DNA of 64,000 nt from Ignavibacteriota bacterium. Its GTDB lineage: Bacteria > Bacteroidota > Ignavibacteria > Palsa-1295. Below are positions 46,183-54,703 of the stretch, in pieces. The position numbers and the translations under genes are program-made. The notes beneath the pieces were generated by a model. That model was not told where the DNA came from. It saw nothing but the letters and a program-made list of their open reading frames with translations, and did not search any database. The DNA lies in contig PLYO01000026.1 in the NCBI GenBank assembly GCA_003151825.1, forward strand, positions 21,704-85,703, given 5' to 3'. Within the stretch, counting starts at the first letter, position 1; each line of letters opens with the position of its first letter.

Positions 46183-46965
46183 ATGTCATTCCTTGAATCG
46201 TTATTTTCGTTACGCGGTAAAACGGCCATTGTAACCGGCGCATCGCGTGGCTTGGGCCGTGCAGCGGCTATCGCGCTGGCGGGCGCGGGGGCAAACATGG
46301 CGCTGGTTGGCAGAGATGAGGCTGCGCTAGCTGAAGTTCAGCAGGCAATTCAGTCCCATGGGACCCATGGGTCCGATAGGCCACATGGGATTGTTGCTGA
46401 TGTCACGGATCCAGGGAAAATGATGGAGACTATAACTTCGGCTGTCGAACGCTGGGGCAGCGTGGATATTCTCGTCAATAATGCCGGCATTATCCGGCGC
46501 GCTCCGGCGGCGGATTACAGTGCACATGACTGGAACGAAGTTATCGACACCGACCTGAATGCCGTCTTCCAATGGTCGCAAGCCGTGGGGAAAATTATGA
46601 TCGAGCAGGGCAACGGAAAAATTATCAATATTGCATCGCTCTTATCGTTTCAGGGAGGGTTGAATGTCGCCGCGTATGCTGCCGCGAAGGGTGGCGTTGC
46701 GCAGCTCACAAAAGCGCTTTCGAATGAGTGGGCGAAATATGGTGTTAATGTAAATGCCATCGCGCCGGGCTATATGCTTACCAACGCCACTGCGGCACTC
46801 AGAGCAAATTCCGAGCGCAGCGCGCAAATCTTCTCACGCATTCCCGCCGGACGTTGGGGCGAGCCGGAAGATCTTGCCGGTGCCATCATTTATCTTGCAT
46901 CGGCGGCATCGGATTATGTGAATGGCCATGTGCTCGTCGTCGATGGAGGATGGCTGGCTAATTAA
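46183..46965 (+). CDS. kduD: 2-dehydro-3-deoxy-D-gluconate 5-dehydrogenase (SDR)
   Basis: TGASRGLG cofactor motif, the YAAAKGG catalytic motif, and the KduD-typical C-terminus RIPAGRWGEPEDLAGAIIYLASAASDYVNGHVLVVDGGWLAN. Confidence 0.88.
   Translation: MSFLESLFSLRGKTAIVTGASRGLGRAAAIALAGAGANMALVGRDEAALAEVQQAIQSHGTHGSDRPHGIVADVTDPGKMMETITSAVERWGSVDILVNNAGIIRRAPAADYSAHDWNEVIDTDLNAVFQWSQAVGKIMIEQGNGKIINIASLLSFQGGLNVAAYAAAKGGVAQLTKALSNEWAKYGVNVNAIAPGYMLTNATAALRANSERSAQIFSRIPAGRWGEPEDLAGAIIYLASAASDYVNGHVLVVDGGWLAN
46354..46390. repeat. 9-nt tandem repeat (C[C/G]ATGGGNC) x4 inside kduD
   Basis: ccatgggac ccatgggtc cgataggcc acatgggat, translated as SHGTHGSDRPHG. The same unit recurs at 50818-50853. 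Confidence 0.7.
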
Positions 46966-46991
46966 GAATTAGGAGTTAAGAATTAAGAATT

Positions 46992-47780
46992 ATGGACTGG
47001 TTATTTCGAAATACCGCCGCATCTAAAGGCCGCAATATTTCAATCACGCCGGAAACCTCGGCATTCAAAGTCTTGTATGCCGGTCGCGTTATTCTCGATA
47101 AAGAGATTAGGAGCGTCACCGGCCAAAATCCGGGCCGAGAAACAACGATGCTCTGCCTGCATGGTAATGGGCAAATTAAAGCGGGCGGCAAAACATTCAA
47201 TCTCAGCCGATTCGACGGAATTTATATTTCGCGTGGGGAATCATTCGAAGTATCAACCGATAGTTCATTCGATCTCATCGAGGCCTCCGCGCCGACGCAA
47301 CAATCTCATCCCACAAAGCTCGTGAGATACGAGCAGGATGTAAAACCAAATGAATCGCTTGCGCTCAAGGTCGGGCAAGAACCCTATTACCGCGATTTGA
47401 ATAAAGTGCTCTGCGAGAATATCGAAGGCTCGCGCATTCTTTTAGGATTTACCATGTCAAAACCCGGCAACTGGACGAGCTGGCCACCACACGAACACGC
47501 CACCACTCGCGAGGAACTTTATCTGTTTTTCGACATGCCGCGTCCCGGTTTTGCCACGCAATTTATTTACACGAATCTCGAAAACCCGGAATTCGTGCAG
47601 CCGGTGTATGAGAACGACGCCGTGACCATTGTAAAAGGTTACCATCCGAACGTCGCCGCGCCGGGTTATCCCGTCAATTTCGTCTGGATACTCTGCTCGC
47701 TCGAAGATGGCGCCTGGCGCACGCTCGCCGATGTGAACGTGCAGCCGGGCTTCGAGGCGATCCCGACGGGATTGAAATAG
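46992..47780 (+). CDS. KduI/IolB family 5-deoxy-glucuronate / 4-deoxy-L-threo-5-hexosulose-uronate isomerase
   Basis: GNWTSWPPHEH...REELYLFFDMPRPGFATQFIYT...VKGYHPNVAAPGYPVNFVWIL matches the IolB/KduI cupin. It is adjacent to kduD. Confidence 0.8.
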   Translation: MDWLFRNTAASKGRNISITPETSAFKVLYAGRVILDKEIRSVTGQNPGRETTMLCLHGNGQIKAGGKTFNLSRFDGIYISRGESFEVSTDSSFDLIEASAPTQQSHPTKLVRYEQDVKPNESLALKVGQEPYYRDLNKVLCENIEGSRILLGFTMSKPGNWTSWPPHEHATTREELYLFFDMPRPGFATQFIYTNLENPEFVQPVYENDAVTIVKGYHPNVAAPGYPVNFVWILCSLEDGAWRTLADVNVQPGFEAIPTGLK

Positions 47781-47863
47781 TAAACGGCGTATCTCATTCG
47801 AAGCCGCGCAGTCAGTGAGCTATTTTCGTAGTTTGGACGTTCTCATTGCCGCAACTGACCGTT

Positions 47864-49360
47864 ATGGCCGCAAAGATATTTATTAGCTACTCCAGACAAG
47901 ATCAGCGCGAAGCAATGGCGTTGAGCGAGTTGCTGCGCGCCGAGGGCTTGACGGTCTGGATCGATCAGGATGCGATCCAAACCGCTTCCATCTGGTCGGG
48001 CGAGATCGTCGATAATCTTAAAAATTGCGATCTCTTTATTGTCCTTCTGTCTGGGCACTCTGCAACCTCTCATAATGTCAGCAAGGAGCTTGCGCTCGCC
48101 TCCGAAAATAAGAAGATTATTTTTCCCATCGAACTGGAGCGGGTTGGACTGCCCTCGCCGATGGAGTACGCACTTGCCGGCATTCATCGCGGCTCGTGGA
48201 AGGATAAGGAAGCGATCGTTCGCGGCGTCAAAAGGCACATTGCAGAGGCGACGGTCCACGCGGAAAACGTCCTGTTACCGGCAAAGCCCCAGCGAAGGCT
48301 CCTGTGGACCGTAGCCGGCGCGGTTGTACTTGTCATTGCCGTTCTCCTCTATGCGTTTGTTTTTCGAGGCAAAGAGGAGGCCAATGTGGGAGCCAAAGCC
48401 CAGATCGCAACGCTGCCATTCACGGTGGTAAACTTCGATCAGGACAGTGTGCAAAATCTCGACGTGTTTGCCGATGCCATTATTTCCCGGCTCTCGACAA
48501 GCGATGAATTGCAGGTTGTGGACAGGTCGCGTGCATCCTCGTTCAAGTCCAGCACGCTAAATCCGATAGCGATTGCAAAAGAACTCCACTCGAGATTCAT
48601 CATCGATGGCACCGTCAGAAAAATGCGCGATCAGCTAACCGTTTGCGTGCGGCTTTATGACACCAAGATGGGTGCGGACATTTGGAGCAACGAATATGCC
48701 GGTGGGATGCGCGAACTCCTCACTATCCGAGACTCTCTTTCCGACGACGTAACCAATGTTGCGAACGGGGTGATGTCGGCGGAGAAAAGATTGATGAATG
48801 CGGAGCAGCGCCTGAAGGACCACCCCAACGATGCGATGGCATACGAAAATCTGGGAGGGCTTTTATCCTATTCGAACAAGGACAGAGCTGCAACGTTCTT
48901 CAAGAGGGCTATCGAATTGGACTCCGTCAACGAAAGATTCTATCTCGATCTGATGATCGGCTATGATCGCATGCACGATGTGGTGCGCTCTCGGGAAGTA
49001 GCGAGGCGAAGTCTTCCGATTTTTGAAAAGGCGATTGCGCTGCATCCCGATTCCATTGGGTTGAGGATTGAATATGCGTTGGCGCTCGATTATGGCGGCA
49101 ACCACGATCGCGGGGTAAACTATAGCATCGACCTTGTGAAGCAACTGCCACGCTGGCGAGCTTCTGAAACCGCAGCCGAACTCGTGTATTACAATGCCGC
49201 CTGTGTCCTTGCGAAGAATAATACCAAGCTCGATCTTGCCTTAGATTATTTAGACTCGGCCACTCGCTCTGGTAATTACCGGGACGCCGGAACCAGCGAT
49301 CCTGATCTGGATAATTTGAGGAATATGCCGCGATACAGGCAGATTATGCATGAGAAATAG
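47864..49360 (+). CDS. Membrane-anchored TIR domain protein with a periplasmic TolB-N-like module and TPR repeats
   Basis: The N-terminus KIFISYSRQDQREAMALSELLRAEGLTVWIDQDAI...LFIVLLSGHSATSHNVSKELALA is TIR_2-like. One TM helix is present (LLWTVAGAVVLVIAVLLYAFVF), followed by TPR-like helices through to the C-terminus. Confidence 0.8.
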   Translation: MAAKIFISYSRQDQREAMALSELLRAEGLTVWIDQDAIQTASIWSGEIVDNLKNCDLFIVLLSGHSATSHNVSKELALASENKKIIFPIELERVGLPSPMEYALAGIHRGSWKDKEAIVRGVKRHIAEATVHAENVLLPAKPQRRLLWTVAGAVVLVIAVLLYAFVFRGKEEANVGAKAQIATLPFTVVNFDQDSVQNLDVFADAIISRLSTSDELQVVDRSRASSFKSSTLNPIAIAKELHSRFIIDGTVRKMRDQLTVCVRLYDTKMGADIWSNEYAGGMRELLTIRDSLSDDVTNVANGVMSAEKRLMNAEQRLKDHPNDAMAYENLGGLLSYSNKDRAATFFKRAIELDSVNERFYLDLMIGYDRMHDVVRSREVARRSLPIFEKAIALHPDSIGLRIEYALALDYGGNHDRGVNYSIDLVKQLPRWRASETAAELVYYNAACVLAKNNTKLDLALDYLDSATRSGNYRDAGTSDPDLDNLRNMPRYRQIMHEK

Positions 49361-49362
49361 AC

Positions 49363-50016
49363 ATGACTAAAGCAGCCGTCATTCAGCGTATTCTCGACGA
49401 GAAAGTCTTCGCCGTGCTTCGACTTCAGCATACGGAAGAGATCGAGCGCGTGGTTTCGTCCATTGTGAACGGCGGCATTTCCATCGTCGAGATTACGATG
49501 AATTCGAAGAATGCCGAGGACTGTATTTATCGCGTGAGTAAAGCGTTCCCGGATTGTCTCATCGGAGCGGGAACCGTAATCGGCGTGGAAGCGGCGACGC
49601 GCGCCATCGAGAGCGGCGCGAAATTTCTCGTCAGCCCCGTAACCGATCTCGACATGCTTGCCGTGGCGAGCGCGGTTGGCGTCGTTTCCATGGCCGGCGC
49701 GCTCACGCCGACCGAAGCGTGGCAAGCTTCACAGGCTGGCTCGGATTTCGTAAAATTATTTCCACTTGCGGAGCTTGGCCCGAAATATATTCGCGCCATG
49801 CGCGGACCACTGCCGAATATTCGTTTCGTTCCCACTAATGGCGTGACCGTCGAAAATGTGCCGGAGTGGTTCGATGCCGGTGCTGCGGCTGTTGGCGTCG
49901 GAACGCCGCTTGTGAGCGACCGCGATTTGGAAAGCGGCGATTTTAGTATAATCGAGGAACGCGCTCGAAAAATTATCGCCTCCGTTCAACAATTCAAGAA
50001 TGGCAAAAAGAAGTAA
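49363..50016 (+). CDS. eda: KDPG/KHG aldolase
   Basis: VFAVLRL...ISIVEITMNS...GAGTVIGVEAATRAIESGAKFLVSP...VKLFP is the class I Eda aldolase pattern. Confidence 0.88.
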   Translation: MTKAAVIQRILDEKVFAVLRLQHTEEIERVVSSIVNGGISIVEITMNSKNAEDCIYRVSKAFPDCLIGAGTVIGVEAATRAIESGAKFLVSPVTDLDMLAVASAVGVVSMAGALTPTEAWQASQAGSDFVKLFPLAELGPKYIRAMRGPLPNIRFVPTNGVTVENVPEWFDAGAAAVGVGTPLVSDRDLESGDFSIIEERARKIIASVQQFKNGKKK

Positions 50017-51031
50017 GAACAATTCTATAAAACCGCGCGCGCTTATCCGCACGGTCAGCGAATCATTCATCGAGCGCTATCGGCCAGAATCGCAATCCGC
50101 GGATTGGGGTCAATCGCTGGCTATGTATGGGTTGCTTCGCGGGCTTTCCGTCGATGAAAATCCAAAGGTGCGTGCGTATGTGCGCCGGTGGCTGGCGTTT
50201 CATCTTGCCGAGCGCGTTCCGGTCCATTACTTCTGTGGATCGTGGAGCTTTGCGCTGCTCTATCCCGATGTTGTCCGCGAGTTCCCGGAATTCCGAATGC
50301 AGCTTAAAGATACCGCTCTCCGAATTTACGAATTTATCCGCGACAAGGCTCTTCGCAACGGCGAAGGAATTTTGCTGCACAATATCGATCTCCCGAATAT
50401 TTATATCGACAGTGTTTATTACTCTTCCGCTCTGCTCGCGAAGATCGGGCCATTTCTCGGAGTGCCGTGGGAAGATGAAGCGGTGAAGCAAATCGTCCTG
50501 CACCTCGACCGCTTGCAGGACGGCAATAAGCCATTCTTCATCCATTGCGAAGAGAATCATGGCGGCAAGCGTTCCGAAGGAAGCTGGGCGCGCGGCAATG
50601 GGTGGGTGATGATGACATTGGCGGAGATGTTGCCACTCTTAGATAAAAAAACCGCGCGGTATAAAAATCTTCTCTCGATTTTTCAGCAGCTTGCTTCCGC
50701 AATTGCCGAGCGCCAAACGAAGCGTGGGTTGTGGCGAACAATTTTGGATGACCCCGCAGCCTACGAGGAGGTATCCGCTTCGGCGATGTTTCTGTTTGCG
50801 TTTCTCAAATCTCAAAGAATGGGACTCATAGGGCCCATGGGACCGATGGGTCTCACCGAAAATGCAGTTCGCGGTCTCTGGGATTCAGTTGACAAAGATG
50901 GCCGCGTGCTGGGAGTCTCCGAAGGCACCTGGCCGGGAACCGTGGAGTATTACAAATCCCTCTCCACCGGCGAATGGTGGTGGGGGACGGGCGCGTTCCT
51001 GCTGGCGATGACGGAGTTAGCCTCCGGATAA
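50000..51031 (+). CDS. GH105/GH88-type unsaturated rhamnogalacturonyl/glucuronyl hydrolase
   Basis: The WARGNGWVMMTLAEMLPLL motif and (alpha/alpha)6 character match YteR/YesR-like enzymes. Confidence 0.8.
   Translation: MAKRSKNNSIKPRALIRTVSESFIERYRPESQSADWGQSLAMYGLLRGLSVDENPKVRAYVRRWLAFHLAERVPVHYFCGSWSFALLYPDVVREFPEFRMQLKDTALRIYEFIRDKALRNGEGILLHNIDLPNIYIDSVYYSSALLAKIGPFLGVPWEDEAVKQIVLHLDRLQDGNKPFFIHCEENHGGKRSEGSWARGNGWVMMTLAEMLPLLDKKTARYKNLLSIFQQLASAIAERQTKRGLWRTILDDPAAYEEVSASAMFLFAFLKSQRMGLIGPMGPMGLTENAVRGLWDSVDKDGRVLGVSEGTWPGTVEYYKSLSTGEWWWGTGAFLLAMTELASG
50818..50853. repeat. 9-nt tandem repeat (C[C/G]ATGGGNC) x3-4 inside the GH105 gene
   Basis: tcatagggc ccatgggac cgatgggtc, translated as MGLIGPMGPMGL. 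It has the same orientation as the kduD copy but is read in a different frame. Confidence 0.7.
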
Positions 51032-51154
51032 CTTTGGTCGAATGAATTATTATCCACGGGCAAAACAACAGCTTTTCCGAACTCTTCTTCCCGTTTTACG
51101 CTTCCACGTTTTCACCTGTGGTTCAGGTCTTGGTTTCGATCTTTTTTTCAAGAA

Positions 51155-52906
51155 ATGTACTCAATTCCTCAAATTAGGCGACCGCTCGCCATTATTCTAT
51201 TTCTAATAGGTGGCTTCGCGCCTGCATGGGCGCAGGAGACCGCCGCAAACGACATCGTCATCCAGACGATGAAGTCGGAGCTTGCCCGCGAGCAGGCCGC
51301 GCTTGCCGGGCAGCCCATGCCGCCGTATTACATGAGCTATAACGTCGGCGACGAGCAAAACGTGAGCATGGTGGCAAGCTATGGCGCGATCACGAAATCG
51401 GATTCGTCGCGACGCCGGATGCTGCTTGTCGATCTTCGCGTCGGCGATTACTCGCTCGACAACACCCACCAAATCCGGGCCTCGAACGACATGTTTGCCC
51501 GAAACGGCGCCCGCGCTATTCCTTATGAGGACAATGCCGGATCGCTCAAGCTGGCGCTTTGGCGGGCTACGAACGAAAGTTACAATAGCGCGACCGAGCG
51601 GCTTCAGCAAGTCCGGACAAACAAGACCATCAAAGTCACTGAAGAAGATACCTCCGGCGATTTCAGCAAGGCCGATGCGGCAAATCACTACTTCGAGCCG
51701 GAAATCGAAATGGCAAGTTATTTCCGTAATAGGAAGGAATGGGAAGCTCGTCTCGATCGGTATTCCGCGCTCTTTGCGGGTCAGAAAGATATTTTCGAGG
51801 CCAGAACCATGCTCGATGCAAGTATTGTCCGAAAATATTTCGTCTCGACCGAAGGTGGCGAGATTGCGTCGAACCAACTCTATGTGCGCGTCATGGTCAT
51901 GGCTACGGCAAAGGCCGATGACGGGATGGAGCTGCCGCTCTACAAAAGTTACTTCGCCTATCGGCCCGAAGACCTTCCGCCGGACGATTCCATCGTGCGC
52001 GATGTAAAGGCGATGATCGCTACGCTCCAGTTAATGCGGAATGCGCCTGTGGTCAGCCCGTATGCCGGCCCGGCCATTTTATCCGGCGGTCCGGCGGGCG
52101 TGTTCTTTCACGAGATTTTCGGTCACCGCGTCGAAGCGCGCCGCGAAAAAGACGAGAACGAAGGCCAGACCTTCAAGAAAAAAGTCGGGCAATTGGTGTT
52201 GCCGTCATTCATGGATGTTTTTGACGATCCCAATCTGGAAACCTACAACAATACGGATTTGCTCGGGCATTACAAGTACGACGATGAAGGCGTAAAAGGC
52301 CAGCGCGTCGATATTGTCGAAAACGGTGTGCTGAAAAATTTTCTGATGGCACGCTCCCCGATCGAAGGGTTCCCACACTCGAACGGTCATGGCCGTGCGG
52401 AGCCGGGTAAACTTCCTGAAGCGCGGCAATCGAATTTAGTCGTGGTAGCGAAAGAGACCGTGCCCGTCGATTCGCTTCGCTCGATGCTCATCGCCGAATG
52501 CAAAAAACAGGATAAGCCTTACGGACTGTGGTTCAAGGAAGTCGAAGGAGGCTTTACACTGACGGGACGGACGATCCCGAATGCCTTCAATGTGCTGCCT
52601 ATCCTCGTCTATCGCGTGTATGCCGATGGCAAGCCGGACGAACTGGTGCGCGGCGCCGATCTGATCGGCACGCCGCTCGCCACCTTCGAGCGCATCATCG
52701 CGGCCGGCAACGACAGCGAAACCTTCAACGGCATGTGCGGCGCGGAGTCCGGATGGGTTCCCGTTTCGGCGTCCAGCCCCAGTTTGCTTGTGCGCGAGAT
52801 CGAAGTGCAAAAGAAAGAAAAATCACAAGAGCGGCTGCCCATCCTCCCGGCGCCGGATGCTCTCACGATAAATCAGGGAAAGAAAGATGCAATTGGCACC
52901 AACTAA
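51155..52906 (+). CDS. Secreted TldD-like metallopeptidase (peptidase U62)
   Basis: Signal peptide. FFHEIFGHRVEA is the HExxxH-type motif. YKYDDEGVKGQRVDIVENGVLKNFL and SNGHGR are also present. Confidence 0.82.
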   Translation: MYSIPQIRRPLAIILFLIGGFAPAWAQETAANDIVIQTMKSELAREQAALAGQPMPPYYMSYNVGDEQNVSMVASYGAITKSDSSRRRMLLVDLRVGDYSLDNTHQIRASNDMFARNGARAIPYEDNAGSLKLALWRATNESYNSATERLQQVRTNKTIKVTEEDTSGDFSKADAANHYFEPEIEMASYFRNRKEWEARLDRYSALFAGQKDIFEARTMLDASIVRKYFVSTEGGEIASNQLYVRVMVMATAKADDGMELPLYKSYFAYRPEDLPPDDSIVRDVKAMIATLQLMRNAPVVSPYAGPAILSGGPAGVFFHEIFGHRVEARREKDENEGQTFKKKVGQLVLPSFMDVFDDPNLETYNNTDLLGHYKYDDEGVKGQRVDIVENGVLKNFLMARSPIEGFPHSNGHGRAEPGKLPEARQSNLVVVAKETVPVDSLRSMLIAECKKQDKPYGLWFKEVEGGFTLTGRTIPNAFNVLPILVYRVYADGKPDELVRGADLIGTPLATFERIIAAGNDSETFNGMCGAESGWVPVSASSPSLLVREIEVQKKEKSQERLPILPAPDALTINQGKKDAIGTN

Positions 52907-54686
52907 AATATTTCTTGTAGCAGCAGGTTTCATCCTGTTTTCCGGGCAACCTGCAAACGCGCAAGTCTCCGATAAGACTATTTCCACCGTCGAGCGCGCG
53001 ATGGCCGATGAGCTTGGCCGTGCAAAAGCAGATTTGCATTTGCAGGGACTTGTCGATCCCTTCTTCATCGCTTATACGGTGGCCGATCAGCAAAAGTTGG
53101 ACATATCCGCGTCGAACGGATCGCTCACAAAGTCCAACGATCATCACGAGCGCAAGGAAACCGTCCGGCTGCTGCTGAACAATTATCAGTTCAACGACGA
53201 GAATTTCTCGGACAATACCGGTCTCTTTAGTTACAGCAGCGCGCCGGATAACACACTTCCGCTCGATGACGATTATACCGGAATCCGCCGCGTGCTTTGG
53301 CTTTCGACGGACGATCTGTTCAAAGAAGCCAACGAAAATTTCTCGAAAAAGAAGGCCGCGCTCGAACACAAACAGCTTTCGCCGGAGTTGCGCGATCTCC
53401 CCGATTTTTCGAAAGCTCCATCCATTCAAATTGCCGAGCCGCCCGTCACACTCCATTTCGATCGCGCCGCGCTCGAAACAATGGTGAAGGATTTGAGCGG
53501 AAGCTTCAGCACGCATCCGGAGATTCAGACGTCGAGCGTTTCGCTTAGCATCACAAACTCCTACGAATGGATCGCGAACACCGAGGGTACGCGCGTCAGG
53601 AAGCCCGTGACGCTCTGCGAAATTCATCTGAACGTCTCCACGCAGGCCACTTCCGATGGAGAGCCGCTCATACTCTCGCGCACCTTCGTTGCGGCTACGC
53701 CGGAGAGGCTGCCATCCGAAACGGAACTGCATTCGAGAGTCGAAGAACTTTCCAGCGAACTCATTGCCTTGCAAAAGGCTCCGCTCTTCGATAAAGAATA
53801 TACCGGCCCCATCCTATTTGAAAATGAAGCCGCTGCCGATTTCCTCTCCGAAAATCTCGTATCGCGTTTGTTCGCTGCGCGCGAAGATATTTTCGGTAAC
53901 GACGTCTCTGCGATTTTCTCATCCGGCAAACGTGCTTCGCTCAAGGAAAAGCTAAATACAAGAATACTTCCCACCACCGTTTCGCTGCATGATATTTCAC
54001 TCACGAAATCGAAAAACGGGATCGAGTATCTCGGTTATTATCCGTTCGACGATGAAGGCGTCGCGCCGCCGGCGGATTTGACGATGGTGGATAAAGGCAT
54101 CTTGAAGACGCTTTACATGACGCGCACGCCCACCAAGGAAATTTTGGATCCCAACGGCCACGCCCGCTCGCTGGCAGGCGGGATGCCGGGATTAACAGAG
54201 AACGTGCCCGCGCCCGGCATCGTCGAATACATCGATTCGAAACCGATCAAACTTTCCGCAATGAAACAGGAACTTTTGGATCGAGCCAAAGACGATGGCT
54301 ATGATTTTGGCCTCGTCGTTCGCGCGATCGATAATGGCGCGCCGCCGGAAGACGCCGGATTCAGCATTCAGGATTTGCTCGCCAACGGGAAGATGATCAT
54401 TCCCGCGCTCATTTATAAAGTGTATGCGGATGGCCGCGAAGAATTAGTGCGTGGCGCGGAAATCGGGCTTCCTTCCATCCGCGATTTGCGTGAAATGATT
54501 GCTTCGAAAGAAAGCGTGACACGCAACATACTCATCTCCGCCGGCTCCGGCGGCTTGTTCAGCTTTAGCTCGAAAGTCCCAGCCACGCTGATTGCGCCGG
54601 AAGACATTCTCGCTCCCGAACTCGAAGTGCAGAAGAAAAAAGCGGAGGCCTATCCCTCGCTGCCGGTCGTGGCACGGCCGGAATAA
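52887..54686 (+). CDS. Secreted PmbA/TldE-like partner protein (peptidase U62, no HExxxH)
   Basis: Signal peptide MQLAPTKIFLVAAGFILFSGQPANAQ. YPFDDEGVAPPADLTMVDKGILKTLYM and PNGHAR are present. It overlaps the upstream gene by 20 nt. Confidence 0.78.
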   Translation: MQLAPTKIFLVAAGFILFSGQPANAQVSDKTISTVERAMADELGRAKADLHLQGLVDPFFIAYTVADQQKLDISASNGSLTKSNDHHERKETVRLLLNNYQFNDENFSDNTGLFSYSSAPDNTLPLDDDYTGIRRVLWLSTDDLFKEANENFSKKKAALEHKQLSPELRDLPDFSKAPSIQIAEPPVTLHFDRAALETMVKDLSGSFSTHPEIQTSSVSLSITNSYEWIANTEGTRVRKPVTLCEIHLNVSTQATSDGEPLILSRTFVAATPERLPSETELHSRVEELSSELIALQKAPLFDKEYTGPILFENEAAADFLSENLVSRLFAAREDIFGNDVSAIFSSGKRASLKEKLNTRILPTTVSLHDISLTKSKNGIEYLGYYPFDDEGVAPPADLTMVDKGILKTLYMTRTPTKEILDPNGHARSLAGGMPGLTENVPAPGIVEYIDSKPIKLSAMKQELLDRAKDDGYDFGLVVRAIDNGAPPEDAGFSIQDLLANGKMIIPALIYKVYADGREELVRGAEIGLPSIRDLREMIASKESVTRNILISAGSGGLFSFSSKVPATLIAPEDILAPELEVQKKKAEAYPSLPVVARPE

Positions 54687-54703
54687 CTGCATTCAAGCTC
54701 TGC

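Noticed and set aside
52863-53774. 303-aa ORF on the minus strand
   Set aside because: It is antisense to the PmbA-like gene and has no recognisable features.
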